Shown: piece by piece, positions 32,209 to 41,926 of the stretch
Layout: the number at the start of each line of letters is the position of its first letter
Numbering within the stretch: position 1 is the first letter of the stretch
Assembly: GCA_965221905.1 (NCBI GenBank)
Contig: OZ244922.1
Coordinates: 2,528,001 to 2,592,000, forward strand
Direction of reading: 5' to 3'
Origin: Chloroflexota bacterium
GTDB taxonomy: Bacteria > Chloroflexota > UBA11872 > VXOZ01
Length of the DNA stretch: 64,000 nucleotides
Made by a program: the position numbers and the translations under genes
Notes under the pieces: generated by a model
What the model saw: only the letters and a program-made list of their open reading frames with translations
The model's database searches: none
Told to the model about the DNA's origin: nothing

Positions 32209-32361
32209 ACCTCGTTGTCATATACTGATGCACAAATGCCGACTGGGAACCGCCAGAAGGGTCGAGATGCAGTGCGTCGCAGCACAGAGAACCCTTCCTA
32301 GCCGGCACATGACCGCAAGGATTCAAAGAAGCATCCTTAAGGCAATGGAGCCGGCGCGGCA

Positions 32362-33663
32362 ATGAGCATCGCTCCCGACAACGCCCAGTTTGTCTTGCTC
32401 AGCTTCGAGGGACCGGACCGGTACTCACTGGCCGGTGGACTGGGGACGCGCGTCACCGAGCTTGCGCGCGCGCTCGCCCAAGCGGGTTTCACGACCCACT
32501 TGATCTTCATTGGCGATCCGAATCTACCTTCCGTAGAAACCGTCGATAACGGCAATTTGCACCTCTATCGCTGGTGCCAATGGATTAGCCACTCTCATCC
32601 GAAAGGCGCTTACGAGGCAGAGTGGGATAAGATCATAGACTTCGGCAACAGCGTTCCTTGGTTCGTTACCGACCGCATCGTGCGGCCCGCTGCCGACGCC
32701 GGCCAGCTCACCGTAATCATGGCGGAAGAATGGCATACCACGGACACTCTGGCACGGCTGAGCGATTCCCTGCACTTCAACGGCCTGCGCCAGCAGTGTG
32801 TGCTGCTGTGGAACGCAAATAACGAATTCGGTTTCGGCCACATCGATCTTCCCCGGCTCGGATTCATCGCCACCGTTACGACAGTGAGCCGATTCATGAA
32901 GTATCGCCTCTGGGATTGGGGACTAAACCCACTCGTGTTGCCGAACGGCATCCCTCGTCGATTGCTTGAAAAAGTGCCACAGAAGCCGGTGACAAAGCTC
33001 CGCAATGGCATGGCCGCGGATTTCTTGCTACTCAAAATGGGACGCTTCGACCCGGATAAGCGATGGTTGCAGGCAATTGAGGCCGCGGCACAACTCAAGC
33101 ACGCCGGCCATCGCGTACGCTTCATAGCGCGGGGCGGTCTGGAGCCGCATGGCGGTGAAGTGCTTCATCGGGCGGTGGAAATGGGCTTAGTGGTCCACGA
33201 CGTTCATAGCGACAACTCGAACCTCGATGAGGCTCTGGATACCATGCTCGCTGCCAATGATGCAGACGTCCTGAATCTTTGCCAATTCGTGCCTGAGGAC
33301 TTGCAGCGGGTTCTCTACTCAGCCGCCGACGCGGTACTCGCCAATAGCGGGTATGAGCCGTTCGGCCTCGTAGGCCTCGAAGCCATGGCGTGCGGCGCTG
33401 TGGTGGTCACGGGCACTACCGGAGAAGATTATGCGATTCAACTGCACAATGCCCTCTCGGTTGAGACCGATGACCCGGCAGAACTGGCCAGCTATTTGCG
33501 CTTTATACACGACCAGCCCGACGTAATTCGGCAGATACAACGCCACGCGGGGCAAACTGCGGCTCTCTTTACCTGGGATTCGACCATTCGAGACCTCCTG
33601 GGCAAAGTCGAATACCTGGCGGAAAAGCAAGGCATTCTCCTGCAGAGCAACGCCGATGGCTGA
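32362..33663 (+). CDS. GT-B glycosyltransferase family 4 (glycogen synthase-like)
   Basis: AGGLG N-terminal motif, PNGI and EPFGLVGLEAMACG. Confidence 0.85.
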   Translation: MSIAPDNAQFVLLSFEGPDRYSLAGGLGTRVTELARALAQAGFTTHLIFIGDPNLPSVETVDNGNLHLYRWCQWISHSHPKGAYEAEWDKIIDFGNSVPWFVTDRIVRPAADAGQLTVIMAEEWHTTDTLARLSDSLHFNGLRQQCVLLWNANNEFGFGHIDLPRLGFIATVTTVSRFMKYRLWDWGLNPLVLPNGIPRRLLEKVPQKPVTKLRNGMAADFLLLKMGRFDPDKRWLQAIEAAAQLKHAGHRVRFIARGGLEPHGGEVLHRAVEMGLVVHDVHSDNSNLDEALDTMLAANDADVLNLCQFVPEDLQRVLYSAADAVLANSGYEPFGLVGLEAMACGAVVVTGTTGEDYAIQLHNALSVETDDPAELASYLRFIHDQPDVIRQIQRHAGQTAALFTWDSTIRDLLGKVEYLAEKQGILLQSNADG

Positions 33664-34861
33664 CAATCTTGTGATCTATGTGATCGCGCACCAGCCCCGG
33701 CGTGTGCGATTGCCCGCCAACGTAATCCCTCCCGGTGCCGCTCCGCAAGATATGGCGCGGCTGCTCTTCGACGAGGAGATGAACGAACGGTATTTTCGCA
33801 AGGTTGCCCGCTACTGCTATAAACCCGCCACTGAACTATGGCTGCGGTTGCTCGACTCCGGTCTCAAGCTCTGCTTCGGCATCTCGTTCTCCTTGATAGA
33901 GCAGGCGCAGCGGTGGGACCCAAGCGTGCTCGAAGGCTTCAAGCGCGTCGTCTCCCACCCCAATACGGAACTGATTGGCGTCGATCCCTACCATTCGTTC
34001 CTCTTGCTGATAGACCTGCCTGCTTTCACGGCGCGGATGGAATCTATGGCGGACGAGCTATCGGACCTCTTTGGGAAACGACCCATCGTAACCGATACAA
34101 CCGAAATGCTCATGTCGGAAACCATTGTCAGCGCGCTGGACAAAGCCGGCTTTCGCGGCGCCCTCATGGACGGGAGGGAATGGATGCTGGGATGGCGACA
34201 ACCCACGCATCTCTACTATCATCGCCCGGGCGTCAAGCTGCTTGCGCGTCACTATGAACTGAGCGACGACGTTGGGTACCGCTTCTCTCAGCGCCAGTGG
34301 GCGGGGTGGCCCCTCATGGCGGACGACTATGCCCGTTGGGTGCGAAACGCCGACGGCCCGTTTGTGATGGTGGGCTGGGACTTCGAGACTTTCGGCGAGC
34401 ACCAGTACTACGACAGCGGAGTCTTTGAATTCATGGAGGCGCTGCCCCGCTACCTTAAACACGAGGGTGTCACACCGGCTACGGCTACAGAGGTGATCGA
34501 CAATTACGGCGGCCAAGCTAATCGGATTACACTGCCGCCTTTCCCCGGGACCTGGGCAGGTTCAGGGGGCTCTGAGTTCTTCCTCGGCAACGAACCGCAG
34601 CGCGCCATCTTCCAGCTTATGACTGCCTGCTATCAGAAGGCGCGACTCACAGGGAATGAGCAGCTCATCGACCTCGCCCTCTGGCTCTCTCAATCCGACA
34701 ATCTCCACCTGATCCATTGGTGGGGCCGCTGGGGCTCCGAAGCCGAAGTGTCCGTCTACTTCATGCCGGATGAATGGTGGGGCCTGGGCGTGGACGGCAT
34801 CATCTGGGAGCAGCAGTGCGTTTACAAGAATTTCCTGAGCGCGTTAGGCTACTTTCTCTAG
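33656..34861 (+). CDS. Glycoside hydrolase family 57 (alpha-amylase-like)
   Basis: HQP, TTEM (nucleophile region), LSDDVGYRFS, DFETFGEH (acid/base) and SD motifs. Confidence 0.88.
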   Translation: MADNLVIYVIAHQPRRVRLPANVIPPGAAPQDMARLLFDEEMNERYFRKVARYCYKPATELWLRLLDSGLKLCFGISFSLIEQAQRWDPSVLEGFKRVVSHPNTELIGVDPYHSFLLLIDLPAFTARMESMADELSDLFGKRPIVTDTTEMLMSETIVSALDKAGFRGALMDGREWMLGWRQPTHLYYHRPGVKLLARHYELSDDVGYRFSQRQWAGWPLMADDYARWVRNADGPFVMVGWDFETFGEHQYYDSGVFEFMEALPRYLKHEGVTPATATEVIDNYGGQANRITLPPFPGTWAGSGGSEFFLGNEPQRAIFQLMTACYQKARLTGNEQLIDLALWLSQSDNLHLIHWWGRWGSEAEVSVYFMPDEWWGLGVDGIIWEQQCVYKNFLSALGYFL

Positions 34862-36423
34862 CGCCGTTCTGCAGCAGTAGCACTCCCCTTCGGTACCGGT
34901 CCCTGTTGGTAATTGGGAAACCGGCGCGCCCGGTCGTCCCCGGATGCAGACCCGCGAATCCCTGATGCGCTCATGCGCTCGTCGGCGCGTGCTTTCCATT
35001 TGGCGTAGTTCGGTGAGCGCAGGAAGGCGCCGTCCGGTTGCACGACCAGTTTGCCGCCTTGACCGCGTGGGTCGCCACGCTCCTCATTGACGCGCGCAAG
35101 CAGGCTGCGCATTGCCTCAATTCTATCTTTCGCTGCCGGATTCCCGGCAAGGTCGTGGCACTCCTGGGGATCCTCGATAAGATCAAAATACTGTTCCTTG
35201 CCCGTATGGTGGAACCAGGTGTACTTCTCGCGCTTATTCACGATGAACTGCATGCCGTTCTCTCTGCCATGGAGATTCGTCTGCTCCCCTTGCAAGTACT
35301 CACGCCAGTCAGTGGGCTCCCCTCTTGCCAGAGGAATTACGCTCTTCCCATCGACGCAATCCGGGATGTCCACCGCGGCGGCATCGAGCACCGTCGGCAT
35401 GATGTCCCGCACTTCGATTATCTCATCGCACACGCCACCGCGAGCCTCGCTCCAAGTATCCGGGTACTTGATGAAGAAGGGTATGCGCGAAGAACCGTCG
35501 TAGGAATAGCCCTTTCGCCACAAACAGTGGTCGCCAAGCATGTCGCCGTGGTCTGACGTAAAGACGAAGAAGGTATTCCTCATTGCCGCCCGCTCAAGCC
35601 GTCCGAATTCATACAAGAATCGTCCCACCTGATGATCGATGAACGAGATGGCGCCGTAGTAGGCTGCTCTTGTCCGGTGCACTTGAGCATCCGTTGCCCG
35701 TCCCTTCCAAGCCGAAATGCTCGTGATCGGCTCATCGTACATTTCGGCCCAGTCACCTTGCGGCGGCATCGGAATGTCGGGGTTGTCTTTGTACATGTCA
35801 AAGTAGACCGGCGGCGGATCGTACGGCGCATGGGGACGCGAAAACGATAACCACAAGAAGAAGGGACACGTGGGGTCCCGCCGCTCGATGAACTTGACGG
35901 CCTCACTCGCCGTCCAATACGTAGGATGCAGGTGTTCCGGCAGGTGGCTCGGCCGGGCCATCCAGCTATTCCACTCCAGTCCATGATCCAGGTCGCCGAA
36001 TTTGCCGGCGGTCTGCTCGCGCAGCCAAATCTTGTAGTCGGTTTCAAGCCCACGCCCTGTGCTGTCCTGCACCGCGTTGAAGAATCCGTAGAGGGCACGG
36101 CGGGGAAATTGGTCTGATTTCCCGATGCTCTGGGTATGGTACCCGGCTTTCATGAGCTCGCCCGCCAACGTCGCCGGAAAGTCCAGCGCGTCGTAGCCCG
36201 CGCCGCCGCCTAGGCGACCGTGGGTCCATTGGTCCATCCCTGTCATCATGGCGGCACGCGACGGCAAGCAGGACGGCGAAGCGGTATAACACCGCGAAAA
36301 CTTTACTCCTTGTGACGCCAGGTCATCGAGATAGGGAGTCTCCAAGACCGGGTTGGCATATCCTACACAGTCCGATCGTTGCTGATCGGTGACAATCACG
36401 ACAATGTTTGGACGTACTGGCAT
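34858..36423 (-). CDS. Arylsulfatase/choline-sulfatase family sulfatase
   Basis: TDQQR, formylglycine motif CLPSRAAMMTG, PHAPYDPP and SDHGDMLGDH. Confidence 0.92.
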   Translation of the reverse strand: MPVRPNIVVIVTDQQRSDCVGYANPVLETPYLDDLASQGVKFSRCYTASPSCLPSRAAMMTGMDQWTHGRLGGGAGYDALDFPATLAGELMKAGYHTQSIGKSDQFPRRALYGFFNAVQDSTGRGLETDYKIWLREQTAGKFGDLDHGLEWNSWMARPSHLPEHLHPTYWTASEAVKFIERRDPTCPFFLWLSFSRPHAPYDPPPVYFDMYKDNPDIPMPPQGDWAEMYDEPITSISAWKGRATDAQVHRTRAAYYGAISFIDHQVGRFLYEFGRLERAAMRNTFFVFTSDHGDMLGDHCLWRKGYSYDGSSRIPFFIKYPDTWSEARGGVCDEIIEVRDIMPTVLDAAAVDIPDCVDGKSVIPLARGEPTDWREYLQGEQTNLHGRENGMQFIVNKREKYTWFHHTGKEQYFDLIEDPQECHDLAGNPAAKDRIEAMRSLLARVNEERGDPRGQGGKLVVQPDGAFLRSPNYAKWKARADERMSASGIRGSASGDDRARRFPNYQQGPVPKGSATAAERR

Positions 36424-36565
36424 GGCTAACTCCTCGTAGACCTGTAATCGCTCATAGTGTTCCGTGGCAGTATCCAGATTTCAGAAAACTCTTTTTCAAC
36501 ATGGTGTAGCCCGGCAGCAAGCTTTAGGGAAATGCTGGTGCTGTACGGGGGAATACTTCCCCGGA

Positions 36566-36597
36566 CGTTCATGCTTCGACAAGCTCAGCACGAACGG
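36566..36597 (+). repeat. REP-like hairpin repeat, dispersed copy 1
   Basis: CGTTC-A-TGCT-TCGACAAGCTC-AGCA-C-GAACGG, 30/32 identical to 38451..38482. Confidence 0.85.
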
Positions 36598-36644
36598 CTG
36601 GGAAGTGCTATGCATTCCAAATAGCCTCTAACTAGAAGTACCAC

Positions 36645-37877
36645 CTAAGCAGAAGCCGATGCCAGCTCCTCCGCCACGAATTCTTTTATATTAATCCACT
36701 CACCGTTACGGCTGATCGACTCCTCCGCTGCCAAACAGATGACCGTGCTCTCCATACCGGCTTCCGGCGCCACCGGCGCGGGCTTGTCGTGAGCGACGCA
36801 GTCCAAGAAGCGGAAAGCTTGCGTCAGGTCGCCGGAATGCCCCGGCAGGTTGCTGTCTCGGCTGACCTTATATACGGCATGGTCGTTAAGCGGACTGCGC
36901 CCGAAGACCTCGACCGAGCCGCCCTTCACGACTATGCGCCCGTTGTCGCCAATCGCATCCAAGACTGCCTTCGGCCCACTTGAAGCTGTAGCAAACAAGC
37001 AAAGCTGCAGGCAACCCCGGGCGCCGTTCTCATACTCTACGAGAACCCACGCGTGGTCGATGACATCGGTGTTTTCGGTAAGAACATGTTGGCCGCCGAT
37101 GCCCATCACACGCTGCGGCTTAGAATCGACGAACCAGTTGAAGAGATCGAAGTCGTGGCAGTTTTTTTCGTTCAGCGCGCCGCCGCTCTGCGCCTGACTA
37201 TACCGCCAGGGAGTCGGAGCAAATGGGTGTCGAATCGACTGGGCGGTTATCATCTGGGGACGGCCGATTTGACCGGTAGCAACAACCTCACGGGCCTTCG
37301 TCACGGCCGGGTTGGATCGCTCGTTAAGTCCCATGTACATTTTACCGCCGCTGCGATGCGCGGCGTCCACAATTGCCTGGCAGTCCGCCACGGTCGTCGC
37401 CAGCGGCTTGTCGCACAGCACCCATGCCCCCGTGTCGAGCGCCGCAACGGCAATCTCGCGATGCGCAAAGTTGGCGCTGACCACGACCACGGCATCCAGC
37501 GCGGCCTCATCCAGCATCTGCCGATAGTCGGTATAGGTCTTGGGCGGCTCCCTGCCAAGCTCCTCAGTCAGGATCTGCGTCGCCACATCAAGGTGTTCGT
37601 CCTTGATATCGCAGACGGCCACAATCTCGGCGCTCAGATCCCGTATCTCAACGATCCCGTACTCCTTGAGGCTGCGCGCATACTGCTTGTACATCTCTTC
37701 CGGGTAGGCTATGTCACGCGATTCACGCAGCACGGTTCCCCAATACGACGTCCGCTTCGTATGGCTCCAGTGCCGGTCCGCGCCCAGGTACGAACGACGG
37801 TCAACCTCACTGATCCACCGCAGATAGTTCTGCCCGCGGCCGCCGATACCAACCACCCCCACGCGAATTGCGCTCAT
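36645..37877 (-). CDS. Gfo/Idh/MocA family oxidoreductase
   Basis: GVVGIGGRG, CDKP and GGALNEKNCHDFD motifs. Confidence 0.9.
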   Translation of the reverse strand: MSAIRVGVVGIGGRGQNYLRWISEVDRRSYLGADRHWSHTKRTSYWGTVLRESRDIAYPEEMYKQYARSLKEYGIVEIRDLSAEIVAVCDIKDEHLDVATQILTEELGREPPKTYTDYRQMLDEAALDAVVVVSANFAHREIAVAALDTGAWVLCDKPLATTVADCQAIVDAAHRSGGKMYMGLNERSNPAVTKAREVVATGQIGRPQMITAQSIRHPFAPTPWRYSQAQSGGALNEKNCHDFDLFNWFVDSKPQRVMGIGGQHVLTENTDVIDHAWVLVEYENGARGCLQLCLFATASSGPKAVLDAIGDNGRIVVKGGSVEVFGRSPLNDHAVYKVSRDSNLPGHSGDLTQAFRFLDCVAHDKPAPVAPEAGMESTVICLAAEESISRNGEWINIKEFVAEELASASA

Positions 37878-38059
37878 AGGTCAAGATCCTCGTTTCTGTT
37901 TAATCGTAACTGTGGGCAAGAATCCGATATGTAACCGAGAGATTGCCTGCCAAGGCACTGTAGCGCAAAGTCTCCGTTTGTCAGCTTAGTAGCCCATCCG
38001 CCCTGAACACCGACCACCACACCTTGAAAGCCAAGACAACTCCTGAGCCTGCCCCCATA

Positions 38060-38449
38060 CCGTTCGCCCTGAGCTTGTCGAAGGGCCGTTCGCCCTGAGC
38101 TTGTCGAAGGGCCGTTCGCCCTGAGCTTGTCGAAGGGCCGTTCGCCCTGAGCTTGTCGAAGGGCCGTTCGCCCTGAGCTTGTCGAAGGGCCGTTCGCCCT
38201 GAGCTTGTCGAAGGGCCGTTCGCCCTGAGCTTGTCGAAGGGCCGTTCGCCCTGAGCTTGTCGAAGGGCCGTTCGCCCTGAGCTTGTCGAAGGGCCGTTCG
38301 CCCTGAGCTTGTCGAAGGGCCGTTCGCCCTGAGCTTGTCGAAGGGCCGTTCGCCCTGAGCTTGTCGAAGGGCCGTTCGCCCTGAGCTTGTCGAAGGGCCG
38401 TTCGCCCTGAGCTTGTCGAAGGGCCGTTCGCCCTGAGCTTGTCGAAGGG
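38060..38449. repeat. Perfect tandem array, 15 x 26 bp (CCGTTCGCCCTGAGCTTGTCGAAGGG), no spacers
   Basis: 390 bp equals 15 identical units, read directly from the sequence. Confidence 0.97.
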
Positions 38450-38482
38450 CCGTTCATGGTTCGACAAGCTCACCACGAACGG
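38450..38482 (+). repeat. Inverted variant of the array unit capping the array (REP-like copy 2)
   Basis: CCGTTC-A-TGGT-TCGACAAGCTC-ACCA-C-GAACGG. Its reverse complement resembles the array unit. Confidence 0.9.
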
Positions 38483-38525
38483 CACTGGCAGTCGTTCTGG
38501 CCAACCATTGTGTCACCCTCTAAGC

Positions 38526-38560
38526 CACATCTCCGCAGAGAAGTGTTCCGCGGAGATGTG
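38526..38560 (-). terminator. Degenerate terminator-like hairpin downstream of solute-binding protein copy A
   Basis: CACATCTCCGCAGAG-AAGTG-TTCCGCGGAGATGTG, homologous to 40193..40229. Confidence 0.65.
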
Positions 38561-38604
38561 TTCTTGGACTAAATGGTTGCCAAAGTTGCCGTTCTAGCCT
38601 CTTA

Positions 38605-39975
38605 CTATCCCCTACCGGTCTCATCCAATCGCGCGTTCCACAACTTATCCAACTCGCGCGTAACCTCTTCCACCGAGGTCGTGCCTTCCCAGATCTTTGG
38701 CAGCAACTCACGTGCGATACCGTTAAAGGAAACGCCATCCCAACTGTGGGAATAGGGCACTACTGCGAAGTCAGGATTCTGGAGAAAGACGTGCCGATTC
38801 GCCGGCTTCTGCAAATGCGTATTCCAGAAGTACTCGTTTGCCTCTCTGTGCGCGGTTGGCGACCCAGCAACGAATGCTATTGCCCGGGCAAGCGCCCACT
38901 CGCCGCCGTCAGAGTTCGTATACCACTTCAGCACTTCCCACGCGGCATCAGGCGCATTGGTATTGCTGAAAATGCCGGCCCCGCCCGGAATGAAGAACGT
39001 CACTCTTCCCTCCGGCCCTTGCGGGATAAGACCGATCTCAAAATCCAGTCCTTCTACGGCAGCCAGCCTTACCGCGGCCCACTCCGGCAGGAATGACATC
39101 GAAACTACGCCTTGGGAAATTCCGTTTCTCCATCCCAGCGTCGGATAAGGATGAACACGGTCCTTCAACATCAGGTCGGCGAGGTATTGCAACGCCGTAA
39201 TGGAACCGGGATCCGTCACGACCGACTTCGTATTCTCCTCGACAAGGAAGCCGCCCCCGTAGGAGCGCAGCACATGGTCGAGACGCACCAGGCGAAACTC
39301 TACCCCCCACGCCTCCGGTTCGCCGTCATTATTGGCGTCCTTAGTCAGCTTGCGCGCCGCTTCAGCGACGTCGTCCCAATTCCAGTTTTCGTCAGGTTCT
39401 TCGACACCCGCTTCGGCGAAGTGCTGCTTGTTATAGTAGAGCCCCTCAGTAGCATAGTTCCACGGCAGGCACCACAGGCCGCCTTCCGGTACGCGGTAGT
39501 AGTCCGTGACGCGCGGATAGTACACGTCGATGTCGAACGAATTATCCGCCTTGGCATAGTCATCCAAGTTGACGAGGTTGCCGTCCACGGCGTACGTTAG
39601 GTGCGGGCCGGACATATGCACCACGTCCGACGCGGCGCCGGCAGCGACAAAGATGCGGATGTTCTCTTGATAGTTTCCCGCTCCCGCGACGATCAAATTG
39701 ATCTGAATATCGGGATGCTTCTCATGGAAGTTCGCGAGCAAAGTGTCGAACGTTTCGGCGTTGCGCCCCGCAAACGGCCCGATGAAGAAGTCAACGACGG
39801 TCGGCTCGGCAGGCTCAGGTGGCTTCTGCTCCTCTTTGGGCGCCATTGCCTCCTTTTCTGCCGGTGCCGGCGTCGTCACGACGGTACCGCAAGCCGCCAA
39901 ACCCAAGGCAACAAACGATCCACCGATGCCCTGCAAGATTCGTCGCCTGCTTGTTTTACCGGCAATTGCCTTCAT
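38605..39975 (-). CDS. Sugar ABC transporter extracellular solute-binding lipoprotein (Tat signal), copy A
   Basis: SRRRILQ Tat motif, LAAC lipobox, LYYNK..F.EAGV.EP..W.WDD. RBS CAGGAGG. Confidence 0.9.
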   Translation of the reverse strand: MKAIAGKTSRRRILQGIGGSFVALGLAACGTVVTTPAPAEKEAMAPKEEQKPPEPAEPTVVDFFIGPFAGRNAETFDTLLANFHEKHPDIQINLIVAGAGNYQENIRIFVAAGAASDVVHMSGPHLTYAVDGNLVNLDDYAKADNSFDIDVYYPRVTDYYRVPEGGLWCLPWNYATEGLYYNKQHFAEAGVEEPDENWNWDDVAEAARKLTKDANNDGEPEAWGVEFRLVRLDHVLRSYGGGFLVEENTKSVVTDPGSITALQYLADLMLKDRVHPYPTLGWRNGISQGVVSMSFLPEWAAVRLAAVEGLDFEIGLIPQGPEGRVTFFIPGGAGIFSNTNAPDAAWEVLKWYTNSDGGEWALARAIAFVAGSPTAHREANEYFWNTHLQKPANRHVFLQNPDFAVVPYSHSWDGVSFNGIARELLPKIWEGTTSVEEVTRELDKLWNARLDETGRG

Positions 39976-40192
39976 GCTCGCACCCTCCTGCATAACTTCA
40001 ATCTGCTTCAAGTCGAGTATATGCTACCATACTGCGCATCCTCAATGCAGTCTAGCCCGCTCGCAGCCTTTACTGCACACGAAGTATCCCTGCCCAGCAG
40101 AGGTTTACCGCGCCGTCAGCCCCTCTTAATGCGCTCACCCTTCACGATCTGTGATCGCGCACGTGAGTTAGGAAGTCTCACTGCAAACGAAA

Positions 40193-40229
40193 ACACATCT
40201 CCGCAGAGACATGCTCTGCGGAGATGTGT
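40193..40229 (-). terminator. Intrinsic terminator downstream of solute-binding protein copy B
   Basis: Perfect 16-bp inverted repeat ACACATCTCCGCAGAG/CTCTGCGGAGATGTGT followed by TTTCGTTT on the minus strand. Confidence 0.85.
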
Positions 40230-40272
40230 GCTTGGACTTAACAGTTGCAAGAGATGCCGATCTCGTCTCCTA

Positions 40273-41646
40273 CTATCCCCTACCGGTCTCCTCCAGCCGC
40301 GCGATCCACATCTTATCCAGTTCCCGTGCTACCTCTTCCACCGACTTCGTGCCTTCCCAAATCTGCGGGAGCGCCTTGCGCGCGCTTTGGTCGAAGAATC
40401 TGCCGTCCCAACTGCCGCCGAAAGGCACTACGGCGAAGTCGGGATTCTGGAGGAAGCGGGTGCGATTTGCCGGCTTAGTGAGATATTCTGTCCAGAAGTA
40501 CTCATTGGCCGCAATCAATGCAGACGGCGATCCGGCGGGGAATGAAATCGCCCGGGCAACCGCCCACTCGCCGCCGTCAGAGTTCGTGAACCACTTCAGC
40601 ACCTCCCAGGAAGCATCCGGCCCCTTGGTCGTGCTGAACATAGAGGCGCCACCCGAGCCGAAGAACGTAAACCTTCCCTCAGGGCCCTGCGGCATGATGC
40701 CGATGTCGAAGTCAAGCCCCTCTACTTTGCCCAGCCTCACTGCCGCCCACTCCGGCAGGAAAGACATCGCTATCTTGCCCTGGGAAAACCCTTTGTTCCA
40801 TCCCAGCGCCGGGTAAGGGTGGGTGCGGTCCTTGACGATCAGGTCGGCGATGTATTGCAACGCGGTGATTGAACCGGGATCGGTTATAACTGACCTCGTG
40901 TTTTCATCGGCAAGGAACCCACCGCCGAACGATCGCAGCACGTGATCGATGCGCACCAGTCGAAACTCAACGCCCCATGACTCCGGCTCGCCGTCATTAT
41001 TGACATCCCTGGTCAGCGTACGCGCAGCCTCGCGGAGGTCGTCCCAAGTCCAATTCTCGTCCGGTTCTTCGACTCCGGCCTCGGCCAGGAGCGTCTTGTT
41101 GTAGTAGAGCCCCTCGGTGGCATGGTTCCACGGCAGGCACCACAGCCCGCCTTCAGGCACGCGGTAGAACGCCGTAACGCGGGGATAGTAGGCTTCGATG
41201 TCGAAGCCACCATCCGCCTTGGCGTAGTCATCCAAATTGACCAGAATACCGTCGGTGGCGTACGTAAAATGCCCACCGGACATATGCACCACGTCGGCAT
41301 TCGCTCCGGCAGCGACAAAAGTCCGGATCTGTGTCTGGTAGTTCACGCCCGCCTCGGCGACGATCAGCTTGATCTGTATGCTAGGCGTCTTCTCATGGAA
41401 ATTTGCCAGCAGCGTGTCCATCGCATCGGCGTTGCGTCCCGCGAACGGTCCGATCAAGAATTCAACCTCGGTCGGCTCAGCCGGTTCAGGCGCCTTCTGC
41501 TCCTCTTTGGGCGCCATGGCCTCCTTCTCTTCAGGAGCCGGCGCGGTCGCCACCGTTCCGCACGCCGCCAAGCCCAACACACCTAACGTCCCGCCAATGC
41601 CCTGCAAGAGCCGGCGTCTACTCAGACCTACAGAATTCGCCTTCAC
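40273..41646 (-). CDS. Sugar ABC transporter extracellular solute-binding lipoprotein (Tat signal), copy B
   Basis: SRRRLLQ, LAAC lipobox. Close paralog of copy A. GTG start after CAGGAGG. Confidence 0.9.
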   Translation of the reverse strand: MKANSVGLSRRRLLQGIGGTLGVLGLAACGTVATAPAPEEKEAMAPKEEQKAPEPAEPTEVEFLIGPFAGRNADAMDTLLANFHEKTPSIQIKLIVAEAGVNYQTQIRTFVAAGANADVVHMSGGHFTYATDGILVNLDDYAKADGGFDIEAYYPRVTAFYRVPEGGLWCLPWNHATEGLYYNKTLLAEAGVEEPDENWTWDDLREAARTLTRDVNNDGEPESWGVEFRLVRIDHVLRSFGGGFLADENTRSVITDPGSITALQYIADLIVKDRTHPYPALGWNKGFSQGKIAMSFLPEWAAVRLGKVEGLDFDIGIMPQGPEGRFTFFGSGGASMFSTTKGPDASWEVLKWFTNSDGGEWAVARAISFPAGSPSALIAANEYFWTEYLTKPANRTRFLQNPDFAVVPFGGSWDGRFFDQSARKALPQIWEGTKSVEEVARELDKMWIARLEETGRG

Positions 41647-41926
41647 GCTCGTACCCTCCTGTTAGGTTCACTCTTCGTTCGAACTGCACACTCCCATTGC
41701 CAAGCAGTATATCGTACACGCTGCTTGGCTTCAATCGTTACAGTTGGACAAGATTCTATCACACACTACCCCCACTTTTAAGCATCTAGATAGACTAGAC
41801 TGCACCGCGCAAACCTGGTAAGCGTAGCCCCTGACGTCTCCTCGCTTTGTACAGAGATTAACCCAGTCGCGGACAGCCCAAATCCGGCTGGTCCATGGGA
41901 GCCAAATGAGCAGCGAATTTACTCAC

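Noticed and set aside
38060-38449. CRISPR array
   Set aside because: Units are contiguous with no spacers, and there are no cas genes in the window.
37874-38485. Repeat-protein ORFs (PFDKLRANG/PSTSSGRT/LRQAQGER)
   Set aside because: These are translations of the 26-bp DNA repeat, which has no stop codon on the minus strand. The period is not a multiple of 3.
39601-40545. Long opposite-strand ORFs (e.g. 39601..40545, 37053..37934, 20731..21459)
   Set aside because: Antisense shadows of well-supported genes in GC-rich DNA, with no recognisable motifs.
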